Positions 13,115-26,900 of a stretch of DNA of 64,000 bases are shown here, one piece after another. Position numbers and translations under genes: made by a program. This DNA comes from Owenia fusiformis. Taxonomy: Eukaryota. Position 1 is the first letter of the stretch; every line of letters begins with the position of its first letter. Location: the NCBI GenBank assembly GCA_903813345.2, contig CAIIXF020000001.1:20708001-20772000 (forward strand), written 5' to 3'. The notes under the pieces are model-generated. The model was given only the letters and a program-made list of their open reading frames with translations, was not told the origin of the DNA and did not search any database.

Positions 13115-14943
13115 ATGTCACCACCAAAAGTGGTGACATATTGTTATGGTCTCCGTTTTTTTGCGACGGCGGTTGGAGGTTGGCGTCCGGCGTCCGGCGG
13201 TTGGTGGTTGGCGTCCGGCGTCTGTAACAATTTCTTACAACTTCCTATAACTTAACAAATACTGTTTAGACTGACTTCAATTTTTTTCTAAATCATCTAC
13301 ATGTTCTCAGAAGTTCAAATCTGACTTTAGATTTGACATTTGACCTTCAATGACCTTCTCAAGGTCAAAAAGGTCTTTTTTCAACTTGCTTCACATTGAC
13401 TAAATTTTTTTTCAAAATCATCTACATGTTCTCAGAAATTCAAATCTGACTTTAGATTTGACATTTGACCTTCAAATCTGACTTTAGATTTGACATTTGA
13501 CCTTCAATGACCTTCTCAAGGTCAAAAAAGGTCAAAAAGGTCTGTTTTCAACTTGCTTCAAATTGACTAAAAAAATTTTTCAAAATCATCTACGTGTTCT
13601 CAGAAATTCAAATCTGACTTTAGATTTGACATTTGACCTTCAATGACCTTCTCAAAGTCAAAAAAGGTCAAAAAGGTCTTTTTTCAACTTGCTTCAAATT
13701 GACTAATTTTTTTTTTCAAAATCATCTACATGTTCTCAGAAATTCAAATCTGACTTTAGATTTGACATTTGACCTTCAATGACCTTCTCAAGGTCAAAAA
13801 AGGTCAAAAAGGTCTGTTTTCAACTTGCTTCAAATTGACTAAAAATTTTTTTAAAAATCATCTACATGTTCTCAGAAATTCAAATCTGACTTTAGATTTG
13901 ACTTAAGATTTGACATTTGACCTTCAATGACCTTCTCAAAGTCAAAAAAGGTCAAAAAGGTCTTTTTTCAACTTGCTTCAAATTGACTAAAAAAATTTTT
14001 CAAAATCATCTACATGTTCTCAGAAATTCAAATCTGACTTTAGATTTGACATTTGACCTTCAATGACCTTCTCAATGTCAAAAAAGGTCAAAAAGGTCTT
14101 TTTTCATCTTGCTTCAAATTGACGAAATTTTTTTTTCAAAATCATCTACATGTTCTCAGAAATTCAAATATGTCTTTAGATTTGACATTTGACCTTTAAT
14201 GACCTTCTCAAGGTCAAAAAAGGTCAAAAAGGTCTGTTTTCAAATTGCTTCAAATTGACCAAATTTTTTTTTCAAAATCATCTACATCTTTTCAGAAGTT
14301 CAAAGGACGATTCTCGGTTTGGAGAACAGTCTCCTGGGCTAATATTTTTTTTCATGAAAAATATAGAAATGTTACCCAAATTAAACTATGAATATTCAAA
14401 AGAGCACATTTAAATCTACAAGATGTAAAAATATCAAATTGGTCTGGAGCAGGGATAACGCTCAATTAGACGGATTTTAATAAAATACAAGTCTCGATTT
14501 GGGGAAAGAAGTTCATCAGTGTACTGCGCTAATATTTTTTTGAGAAAAATCTAGAAATATTACCCAAATTAAATTATGACTATTCAAAAGAGGACATTCA
14601 AATCTATATTATGTAAAAAAATCAAGTTTGTCCGAAGCAGGGATAATGCTCATTTAGATTGATGAACTTCGTTCTCCAAACCGAGAATCGTCCTTTGACT
14701 TTTACAAGTTCTCAGAAGTTCAAATCTGACTTTAGATTTGATTTTTGACCTTCAATGACCTTCTCGAGGTCAAAAAGGTATTTTTTCAACTTGCTTCAAA
14801 TTGACGATTTTTTTTTCAAAATCATCTACATGTTCTAAGAAGTTCAAATCAAACCTTCTTAAGGTCAAAAGGTATTTTCCAACTTGCTTTAAATTGTCCA
14901 AATTGTTTTAGGTGGTGACATTTTGTCATGTTAATGCCTTGTT
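13115..14943 (+). mobile_element. HINE-like element, family B, copy 1, with ~120-bp internal tandem array
   Basis: 5' hairpin ATGTCACCAC-CAAAA-GTGGTGACAT, then a GGCGTCC/GGTTGG microsatellite-like tract and about 9-10 tandem ~115-135-bp units (TTCAACTTGCTTCAAATTGAC...TGACCTTCTCAAGGTCAAAA). 3' subterminal GGTGGTGACAT, end GCCTTGTT. Flanked by TT on both sides with no TSD. Near-identical copy at 30968-32141. Confidence 0.88.
14300..14698. mobile_element. MITE-like insert within the HINE-B array
   Basis: Perfect 28-bp TIR TCAAAGGACGATTCTCGGTTTGGAGAAC / GTTCTCCAAACCGAGAATCGTCCTTTGA. The interior is two diverged ~190-bp direct repeats. Absent from the sister copy at 31-32 kb. Confidence 0.85.
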
Positions 14944-17900
14944 TCTCATTGTATACCATCCCCTCTCCTGGCAAGGCTAAAGTGGATGGACTCCATATGA
15001 GATGAATATTACATTTAATTTGCAAATCCTGGCCTCCATCATGGTTTTGTCTGAAAAACTATAAGTTCAACATTTTGATTTATTAGAGTCTCTCTCTCCT
15101 TAGCTTTTGATAGAGATAGTACTGACTTTGGATCTTACAATATAAGTTTGTCATCAAACTTCAACTTTGGTGATGTATAAGCACACATTTGTGTGTGTTG
15201 CCGCTAAAAGCAGACTTTATTTATGTAACTTTATTTGATAGACGAAACCCATTACAACTTCTATTCATGAAGTTGTTTTAATGATTAGCAAAATAATATT
15301 TACACTGTCTGTTCTACTTCTTTTTCTTTATTGATATTTGCTTGTAGTGCTAATAATGTAGTAGTTACTTTCTACAGGGCGCCTCACTATATTAGGCTAC
15401 AAATGTAATCACTATTGGTTTGTTTAGGAGCAATGTTTACTACAAAGAAATATTGACTTTATTTGATGACATTATTCTAGAGCATGTCTATACATCGAAC
15501 AATCCTGAACACCTTCTAGTTACTCACATGTATGAGGTCTGCCAAAAAGTTTGTTTTTAAAAGTTTTGTCTTCAAATATAGAATGATTTGCATTAGAAAA
15601 AAAAGTTAGGGAACTCTGGATTTTTCGTTGTCAGTTATGATTTTAAAACGTTTAATAATATGCTAATTTTTCACCTCAAAACTACATCGTGTTTTAATGC
15701 TAGAAGACCATTTTCGATTTCAACTCAATATGTTTAACCATTATTTTACAAAGAGGTGGCTATAAGTGACTATTTATTGATACTAAAACTTCAAGAATGA
15801 ATCTTGACCCTCTTAGACTATTAAATTGATAGAATATTTTAGTATTTGGTATATTGCAGTCTAATTGTACATATTTTTTCATTTATTAAATCACATATGT
15901 CTTTCAGGATCACTTTTTGTGATATATAGGTCAGTGGACTGTACCCCTGAACATGTAAAAAATGAAATAATAGTATATTATTCTAACTTTGAATATTTAG
16001 TTATGTTGAACAAAATCTGCCCCCCCCCCCATCTCCCTTTGTTTGCCATCCAATCTGGTTTACAGAGAATTGGGAGAGAGTAATGATAAGGGGGGGGGGA
16101 GTTATAAGACTAGTTTTATATCAGATTTAATTGAGTCATTAATGTTGATAAAGAGAACAGATAAAAGCACAAACAAAACTGAAGAAATGTCAGACTTAAA
16201 GTCAGTATGTGCCCAAGGTGCCTCACTCAAAATTTGTTTATTCTTATCAACCACTGATTCTTTTTTATCTGCTCTTACTTCCTTTACGATGTAACACAGA
16301 ATGCTTCTAGCAGACATGCTAGAAAAGATTACATTTGAGATGTGACAGAAATAGTATAAGGATGTTTGAGGTGTACATGTTTGTATAAAGAATCGATGAG
16401 ATGGAAAACTCTGCAAGGAGATGGCTGGAACGGGAGTTTGGGGCAGACCTGAAAATTGATTCTTGTGAAAATCTTTATTTATTTTTTGAGAATTTTGGAC
16501 CATTTTTTGATATATGAAAATAAGGAAATTGAACATTTTGACAAGAAAGGGCTGAAATAGTATATGTATATAATATATATGTACTTTATACCAAATTGTC
16601 ATAATTAATAAAAACATGAGAGTTGATGGCTTAGTGTTTCGCACCTTTCTAAACTTTATCCCATCATTTATTCAGATGAGTGTTTCAATAATATTGAATA
16701 TTGTGTTGTAACAAAACACCATTAAAAGTTCATATCAGGAGTAATAAATTATATTAAAGAATTATGGTATACCTGAAGCTTGATTTGAGACGAAATCTTT
16801 ATAATTCAAGAAGGGTAGGTACGAGTTAGGTGATCGAGGGGTTAACTATATTGAATTCAGTGCAAAACACTTATATTTCAATCAAATATCACTTATATTT
16901 TACAAAGAAAGGGTCTATGAAATTTCAAGACTTAGAAAATACCCTGAATGCCTATAAGTGAACCAATTACTACGTTTTGATTGTTACAGCCGATTTTGGG
17001 TTTTGATGTTTATACGATCTTAATGATTTCAGATGTAATTTTGTGTTTTTTGAAATTAATGCTAGCTTCTTATAGACAAAAAATGTCAAGAGTTTATGAC
17101 TGCAGTAACATATTCAAGCTAATTCAGAGTATTTGATTTTATCTAAGAGAGCAGAGTAGTCAGGCTCTTATAAAGGGTTCTCAGAGAAGGTATGAACTCG
17201 TATTATACATGAATCTCTTTACTGATAACAAACAAGCTAAACCCTACACAGTCATTTCAAAATATTTGGAATCTTTACATGACATAAACTTTCAGCATTT
17301 CGTTTAAAGGTACACAAGGGCAAATTTACATGTTATATCTGTCTTATCTTTAAAGAGCTACAAAAAGTAAAAGCCTTAGCCACCAGACATACATGCTGGT
17401 ATCTTTTAACAGTGAGTCCGCCTCAAATATTTCAATATGTATATCTAGAGGGTTTAAAACTAGGCGACAGCTTATAATATACCGCAAACATCTCCCTTCT
17501 CTAAAGCCTTACATGTCACGTAAAGAACTTTTTTGTATAGAATATAGGTGATAATTATTAATATTTGATATTAAATATTCACAAAGGGAGATGTAGTGTA
17601 CAAAATGACCCCTATTGATGCATACGGTAAAAGTTCAAGTTGTAATAAGTGCCATTGATTTGAACTAATTATACGAAGACCCCAAACTATTATTACAACC
17701 TTCAAGATCCCCTTCTACTTTGTTAAAGTCATGAACATATTTTGAATCTACTATTTTTTATGCTTTTTAATGGAATGGTTTCATTTATATGGTTGGACAG
17801 TATATAGATTGCAAAATCTTAATTGCAATTTTGGATGTTTAAGATTTGAAAGTTTTAATCTCGAGAGATATTTATGATATAAAGCCAAAAGGAATTTTAA

Positions 17901-20900
17901 TGGCGAAAATGTTCATTTCTGAATGTATTACAATTTGTTTGATAGTATTGCATGATCAAATCTGCTGGAATCCCATCATCTACAATGAAGTTACTACAAA
18001 TTTTTCTGGTTGATTAGACCCAAGACAGAGGTTGGAACACGCCTCATCTTCTACGATGCTGATTGGCATGGCCATTCAAAGTGAACCAATAATCTAGTGC
18101 ATCGTTTTACATCATAGTGTTCTTTCCTGACTATAAATTACATTCACTGATTGTAATTAGAAACCAAAGTCCATGATATATTAATCAGTCATCTCCAGTT
18201 TGATTTATAATTGTTCCACTTAGAAAATCATTATTTCATATCCTTAGAAACTGCTTATGAGCAGATACTGGGAGTAATTTCTCTTTCTCTAAAGCAGTCC
18301 CCAGGGCCCAGGCTTAGTTGGTGTCAGAAAAGAAACTTGATGAACTATGGCATTCTATTGGCAATGATTGTCTGTCTGATTCTGAGCAATGAAATTGGAA
18401 ATAGATCAGACATTGGGTGATTTTCGTGAGATGAAAGTCTTATCTAAATCACTTTTGTTAAGTTGGGATGCTTTCATTTCAGTATAACTGGTGAAGTAGG
18501 TTTGTATGTTACTTGGAATGTTTTAACTCATTTTATAATAGCGTCCCATGGGTTTGTACCCAAGACAAGGTCAAAGTCAAAAGTTCAGTTGAACTTTGCT
18601 TGGAGTTTTAAGGTTTTGATGTTCACGTTTTCTAAATGTTGCATTTTACATGTATTTCAATCACATATAAATTTTCACTTGGTTTTGAATTTGATATACT
18701 TTGTTGTATTTTTCAACAAGTTACCCCAGTGCTTAATATAAGTCCAATATGTCACTATTATGAATGCAACTGCGATCATGCTGTTGTCATGTGCTTTCGC
18801 AGTAAGATCTGGAGAGTATTATTGATTTCAACTCTATGGGATTGTACCCATCCAGGTTCCTGTTGGCTTATCTCTCTGTAAAACTAGGCCTTAATCCCAT
18901 TGTTGCCCCATATCCTGCCCTATCTACCCATAATCCTGATATATGGTCCCATAATGATTCTATTATAACTAGGGGGAAATGGTTGCGATAGATATCTTAT
19001 TATTTAGGGAGCTTAAATGTTTTTGAAATAAAAAATAACATTGTATTGCTAATTAATAAAGAAGGATGTTGGTCAGGGTCCTAGAGTGCTTGTTTCCTGG
19101 AAGAAAGATCGTTTTAAGGATGGAAAACCTAAAATAGGAATATTCTTACACTTTGTTGAATCTTACAAACATGAAAAGGCAATATCTAAATTGAACCAAC
19201 TCTATAATGATCGTTTAACTAGATTTCAGTAGAATTAATGTCAGATATGTTTCTTCAGTACACATTTCCAGCCTCATATGCTATTTCTAATTTCGTTATT
19301 TAGTTCCCTTTATTGGGTTATGTCTACTGATTTGAATAAGTAGGCACATCGCAAATATGATTATAAGAAACAGTCTTTGCATCAGTCTTCCACATGAGAC
19401 TTAGAATCATTGAATTTGTTGCCCAATCCATTTAGAACTGTTTATCTTGACAATGGTTTAATTCCATTATGCCTTATTTCATGTACCATCCATGATTCTA
19501 TTTTGTTTACTGTGAACTAGAAAGGTTTTGTTGTCATGGTTGCCGTGGTTATTAGCTTTTCTTCAAAAGCTTTTTGATGTAGTAGTAACTTATTTCATAA
19601 TGAAAGTCCCTGTTTTGAAGCTAGGAAGGAAATTGGCTTTGAAATAGGAATCTCACAAAGCCAAGCCGCTTTACCAAATTCAAACATAAATTATATATTG
19701 ATCAGACAGTTACTATATCAGAAAACTTTTCTTATAGAAATTCCTTTCAACATTGAATTTGTTTTTTATGTGTAAAACATTGCACAAGGTGGGCTATAAG
19801 GTGGACTATATCGATGTACTGTCTAGTCTAGGAGCTAGTCAGATTTCAGTGTTTTCATTACTCTGCCCCGTGATAGGTTTTAAAAGCTTTAAAAGATAAT
19901 AATACTGTATATAATTAAAAAAAATTATCATGTTTGAAAGTGACACCATGGTAAATAGTTCCAATTTCAAAGGTTTATTAACAGAGTTGTCATTTCAATT
20001 TGTGAACACTGAAGATGATGGGTAATGGAAGTACACATATTTTCCTGATAAATGCCTGCTAATAATGTGATTATTTACATGATATTTCCATAGAAACTCA
20101 TTTGTATGTTCAAGATATGTCTTCTTAATTCCCCTGATTTTTCAAGTCACATGGATAAAGTACATTCTATTGAAAAGGATGTCCTATTTGCTGGGTATAC
20201 ATATTGAAAATCACAGTCAAACATTTCTTTCAGTTAAGATTAATGATTTTTTAGAGATGTTCTTTAGATAAAGACCTCCAAGTCAGAAAGTCAAAATGTT
20301 TATAACTACATGTAGTTTATAATAGTACACATGTATATGGTCATGATAAAATGAACGGATTTTGATTTCCTTTTACTTTTAATTATTTGAAATACAATAT
20401 GGTGAATATTGGGCAGAAAATTGTCTGTTTACCCAAAACCTGTTCAGGATGTTAAATATTTTGAAACATATACATATGCATTCTTTATTGGTCCAAACTG
20501 ATTTCATTCACATATTCACTGGTGTACTTTTTGCTGATAACTACATTGGTTTCACATGATGAACTTGTATTTTAATTTAGTCACACTCTATGGTCCTTCA
20601 AAATGTTCAATATTTCAAAGTGTGTACTTCAACGCCAGGTAATTTATAAAATTTACTTTTTCTCCCTAGTCATCAGGTTAACATTGGGATGAAAGGTGTA
20701 TCAGGTGAAAAGGTTTTGCTAAATGAGGTGACTAGAGAAATATTTATATATGATAGTTGATTTGTAGACTCCTTTACACTTTTTATGTGTATTTAATGGT
20801 GCAGGTAGGTATGTTTAGTAGCTTTCCCGAATCTTAGATACTGAGCCTTTGATCACCAAAGCAGTTTTTCATTTCGATGACCCAAACACCTCTATACAAA

Positions 20901-23790
20901 CTTAATCGAGATATTGATTTGATAAATGACAATATTTACTTCAACCAGACATTTTAATATCATCATCAAGGCATCAATATGTTTTTTTCGGTATACCCAT
21001 CAATGAATCTGTTGTGTGAAGTAATACTAATGTATGAATTTATTAAGCATATATAGTACATTTTTTCAGCCCTGAGTGATCCAATTTGACTCTCTCTTGA
21101 CTGGAGTGTGCATGAACTTTTAGGTTTATTCTCCAAATCTCTCTAAATCAGTAGCATCTGAATGAATACTGTCTTGTAGAATTAGAAAGTCAGTAAAGTG
21201 TCTGAGTAAAGTATCGCATAAACTGCCAACCATGATCATGAATTATAGCTTAATTCAAACTGAAGATGTAGAAATTGATTAGCATTGATTTTCAACATTT
21301 GATTTGTTGTGATTTAATGGCTGCACTGAAGATGTGCTTTGAGATACAATATCTAAATTAATGTCACATGAATTGCTTTACCATCCTAATAAGATAATGG
21401 GATTACAGATGTTTTGTGACAGATTCTAACTATTTTATTATCATTTTCAAAGTCTAAAAGTACTTTTTGGTTTATTTCAATGGATAATCTATTTATTCAT
21501 ACACCATAGAATTCTTTATACAGTCTACAATACAAGTAGGTTGTACAGTAGCATATAGCACATAACATATACTGAATTTTGGTAGATAAACATATACCCG
21601 ATTTGCAGAAGTTGAGATTGCCTCTTAAAAACAGGACTATCTATATTTGGATAGTATGGAACCGCTTGCCGATGTGTTTCAGTTTTAAAAAGATGCTTTC
21701 AATCAAATTGATCCATCGATGTATTTCATGACTGAAGGGATACACAGGTAGAACAGTATGGCTATATCCTGAAATAGCTGGAGAAGGCAGGGATAACTGA
21801 GATCTAAATTATACCCAAACTGACCATACTGAGCCATCAAGTTAAGACAAGACAAGATTCAAAACTAACATTAAAAAAACTGACAATCATGAGGTTCCTC
21901 AATGTCAAACACCAAGATATTTTGACATATGTCAGTTATTGACCATTGGTAAAGTATTATATAGTTTTATTGTCTTATATCAAAAGCAATAGAAAGAGAC
22001 CAATGAGCAAATGGAATGAAATAGATCATTACCTACTGATGGAACCTGTCATTCTGTGTAATGACTTGATAGGAAGGATGGTGGTATATCTACAATTCTG
22101 ACCTTGTTGATATGGCCTGGTGTTTTGACAGTGGATCTTATTCTCACACCTTAGTACCAGTGAAGGATGCTGGGTTTATCAGTGTGTCAGTTTGTTGGTC
22201 CAGTCACTTTGTTATGTTTTACTTAATCAATCAGGCCAATTGGTACTTTATGAGGTTGATCTATCCTGGATTGTACATGTTTAGTTGCCTTTAGTTTTTG
22301 AATGAATTACCCTTTTTTGTTCAGATCATTCTTTGAATATCTACTTCTCGCATTTTGTTTAATTTCCCAGAAATGTTAAAAATGAGGAAGTAGGGAATTA
22401 AATCTAATAATGGTCTTCCATGGAGATGTCTTTATGGTACTATGAACCTCAACTAACATGCAACACCATATGTTAGATCCCACATGGAAATGTTAGAAAC
22501 GCAATCTCATAATATTTTATTTCTGATTTATATGTCCTTTGAGTAGACTATTTGGCCACATAGTCTATTGATGACCATTGTTTATTAAGTTTGCTGTAAA
22601 TACATCCATTGCTTGTTACTTGAAGGAATAATTTGTCTCAACTGGACCATTGGGAGCAGTTAGATGTCTTGGAATCATTCCTCAATGTATTCTATGATCA
22701 TCATGAAACACTGTTCTTGGTATAAGTTTTGACTTGGAATGAATGGTTGGGTCCAGTTTAATGGATAAACTAATAGATATTGTTAGGGTTATCCCCATTT
22801 GAAGCTGAGGTGTTTGGAATGAGTTAGAATTTATGGCTGAATTAAAGCAGTTGATCACTGAACCAATAAACAAATGGCCCATATCAATTAAATCTTGAAA
22901 AAATTAAGAAAATAATTCAGAGTAACTTCACCATTCATACCAGTTTTGATTTATACAGTGACCTTAATATTATACCTTAAGTGGCTAAACTCTTTTCACT
23001 TTCTTAAGAGTGGTAGATTTGTCAAAATATAGAAACACTTATTTTGTAATGATGTCTTATCCTAACATAAGGACATGGAAGACAGTTTTTCCAAATATGA
23101 TAGGCTCAAATTGATTTGGAACTTTTTTGTAGTCTTGCTATATGAAGCACTTATGTGCACATTACACATGGATGTATAATGGGGAGGGGTTCACAAGGGC
23201 TTGTAGTGAGACTACTTTTTGCAAAATGACTGATACACAGAACATATTCATCGATGTCTCGTGAAGTATTGATCAAGACCCTGTATATTGAAATGTGAAT
23301 TGTGTAATCAAACAACTTGCTGGGGGCCCTAAGGTGGTACTTGTCCTTAACATTCAAACATCTCAGTACAAGTGCAGTGTCAAGTATTTTCATGTACTTG
23401 TACTTTTGATATACTAGGATAGTAATCGAGAGTAACGAACTCCAAATTATTCTCTGTGTTCATTGATTTCCAAGAATCCTTTCTCATTTGATGGTGCAAA
23501 ATTCTTTATGTGATCATTATATTAGATTTACTCTTTATTTGGTAGGGAAATTACTGAATCGGGAAGTATATCTTCTGGTTATTGAAATTGATGAATCAGC
23601 ATTAGAATTAATATCATCAATGATCCAGTAGAATTCCAGTTTGAGCCTTTTGGCAATTTCCTTTCCATTGAATGATTTGATTGAAATAAGTGCTGGAGGC
23701 ATACTGATTTTTTACGAATACAAGTCTAACATTGAGAGTGCTGACTGCTGACATTTAATATCTTTGAAGCAGTTGAGCATATCATGAGAG

Positions 23791-23994
23791 CAGGCCCGTA
23801 GTTCAGGGTGTGTTCAAACCCCCCCCCCCCCCCGGCCAAAAAATCTTTCAAAATAATGCAGTTTTTCACCATTTTGAGCGATTTTTAAGTGATTTTGGCC
23901 ATATTTGGACCAAAATTGTCACAAACTTAAGTGATACCCCCCTGGAATTTTTCAAAAAGTTAACCCCCCTTGGCAAATCCTGGCTATGGGCTTG
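23791..23994. mobile_element. CAGGCCCGTAGCC-family MITE
   Basis: Ends CAGGCCCGTAG ... CTATGGGCTTG, with TGAGAG duplicated on both sides. Body homologous to 47271-47486 and 52976-53082. Confidence 0.85.
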
Positions 23995-26900
23995 TGAGAG
24001 TAATGTCCACTATACTGATTCTGCATTATAACTATGGTATGACATCCCAAAAATCCAACCATCGTTAAGATTAAATATAATGTGCAATTAAAAACTTTTA
24101 AGGGATACTTTGAAGTGTGATTTTGGAATATCATATTTAAAACCTGTTCAAGTTATTTATGTTTCCCTTTGTGCTTTCTCATTGAACATCTTTTTTAACC
24201 ATTACAGTACACTGTTTCCCTCAGTGTGAGGTCACAAAGGTAAATATATGCATGTTTAAAAGAAGATCTATTGTCTGGTTGACATGTGGTTTGTGGTAAG
24301 TTTATATTGGGCTTTCTCTCCATGCAGAGAAGTACTTACTCCAGGCTAAATAATGTTCATATTTGGAGAGTAGAGACCGTACCCTGATATCCAGTACTTA
24401 GGTAATAATTACTACCCTCCCATTGAATATGACAAAGAAATATGCAGACTTTTGGTTTTTATCTGGTGCAAAACTCCATGTATTTATTTATTTATTTTAG
24501 TACTTAACAACGCATCCTCCATTTCCAGACATTGGCTATTAACCTCAATATCACACATCTTTACAAGTGTCTTGCAATCATTTTATGTTCTTTTTAGTAT
24601 GTCCAAGATAACTGGTAACCTCAAATATCCTAAATGCTACTGCATGGAGATGTTTGTGGTCTGTGGGTATAGGTAACTGTCAGATATTGGTCAGGGTGCC
24701 CAGCGTGAATGGTATTGAGCGGGATAATAAACACAAACCAGACAAAGATGTTTCTATAGCGGGGATGTGGGCACGTAAAAAACGGATCAATCAAGCTATT
24801 GAGATTCAAATGTGACATCAGCCCTTATAGATCTACCATGTATTGGCAATGGAATTTCATGCTGGTTCAAAGTCATGTAGGTTACTTATTGACTACATTC
24901 GTTATTTCTGGAAATATGTCTTGTCAGTTTTTGACATTATCATGCATGGTACATATTAGTATACACGATATATCATAAGCCTGGGAATTTCAAGTAAGGG
25001 TTGACTTAACTGCTCATTTTGACAAGTATTTTCAGATATTGGGTCGAATTGACTGGTAAATTGCCTGGTTAATTGCATATTTTCCAAAAGAATATTTAAG
25101 TTTCTTGGAACATTGCATCGTCAATCCAAAATAGAGAAATGCTGCAATGAAAATAGTTTGAGTTGATTTGGGAAATCGTATAACTCGTATTTGATTTGGC
25201 TGATATATGATATGATTTGAAAAAATAATTTTTATTTCTTTTCGAAATAGATATCTTAAGTGGTCGCCATTTATCATTGTCAAACCTGTGTAGCAGTTCA
25301 TAACTGTGAGTTATTTCATCACAATGATATAAGAGTATGCACAGAGACTTATGGTGAGGATTGTCTAGACTAATAATCCTTAAACAAAGGGATAAACAAT
25401 TTATTAGAATTGTTGCTGTGGCTACTTATTAAATCCCAAGAGTGAAAATATGTTTTTACAAAATGAAAATGGATGGATTTTACGTCCTGAGGGACATTCT
25501 GTTGTAATATTTTGTAATACCTCACTGACCTGTGGGTTTGCCGAACAAGTCATGTCTGTTTATGATTTGTGTTTTTAAATATGTTCATAACTTTTGATTT
25601 ATCTACTGTATAAACCTGATGTATCCAATTGTGTAAGAACATTAAAATCTACTAAATACTAAGAAATGTGTTTCGAATAACAATGTGACAGGAAAATCAA
25701 TTGAATTTACACCCTAATGGGCAATTAACAATAATACAATATTGTATAAACTGAGCAGCCAGTTATCAGTGCCAAGAGAATGCTTATGTTCCCAATGGAG
25801 TAAGATAAGCTGAACCGCTTTTGCCTGTTTCCAACAACTTTTACAAGAGAGCAAATCCATCTCTAGCGTAGCACCTTTATTTGGACCATATGAACTTGGG
25901 GACCCTTTTACATAGTTTAGTGCCTCGTTTTGGTGATAGGATAGTGAGCACAAGGGTAACATTAAAGAAACACAAACTAAAGAATAAGGCAGTTTTGTTT
26001 CATCGGTAACCAATTCCTAATGTTAACTTCACAGCTCTCTCAGTATAGTAATGTTATGAGAAAAATAAGCTTGGTCTAAGAATGATTGTTTTTTAACTCA
26101 TTGTCCCCAACCAGGTTGAATCTTGACCCATTCAGAGACAGAAGATGCTTGTGATGTTGAACAATAGCAATGCCATGATCGCCTTCAGGAGATTAGGAAA
26201 GAATGTGTTATTATAGAACAAGGTTCAGAAGTCCTTGATGAAAAATACCATCCCTGTATATCATCTCTGTATCTCTGTTAAAGTCGTCTCTCGTGATCAT
26301 CTTTAGTTTATTAATCCTTTGAAATTTTAACAAATTCTCCAAAGCTTTAAATGAAATCCATAATATAAAGTTGCTAGTATTGTAAAGACCTCGGACTTAA
26401 TGGGACTAGGGCCCTTGTGTGCAATACATTTACATGTTATCGTGGGTACAATTGAGTTAGCCCCAGCCCCTGGGTGCAGGAGTGCTATTAGGTTGCAAGA
26501 TTAATCGCTCATTGCAGGACTTGAGTTAGTCCAGGCACCGCATTATCGCCAGGTGCCTAGGCCATTTGTGTGTCTCTTTTAGGAGGATGTTCATCATATA
26601 TTGGTATAGGGAATGTTATTAACCAGGCATGGAAGGCACTGTGACATTGAGAGTGACATACAAAGGCTATACTGTGACTTCATTTAGCAGTATAGACAAT
26701 TTTGTATGACATTGAATCGCAATCTATAAGGCTGGATTTTGATTATGCTCTGAGGTATCCATTTATTTTTTGCCACAGACATCCTGATCACAATACATGT
26801 GCTGTGAACTCTTGCACGATCAGAATCCTGCCGTCATTGCCATTGTCTATAGCAGTTCAGTCATAACTATATTATTTATCGCATTTGGCATTCCCTTTTC

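Noticed and set aside
16102-16644. Longest ORF in the track (180 aa, minus strand)
   Set aside because: Non-ATG start, composition typical of AT-rich noncoding DNA (F/I/L/K/S), no recognisable motif and no supporting splice signals.
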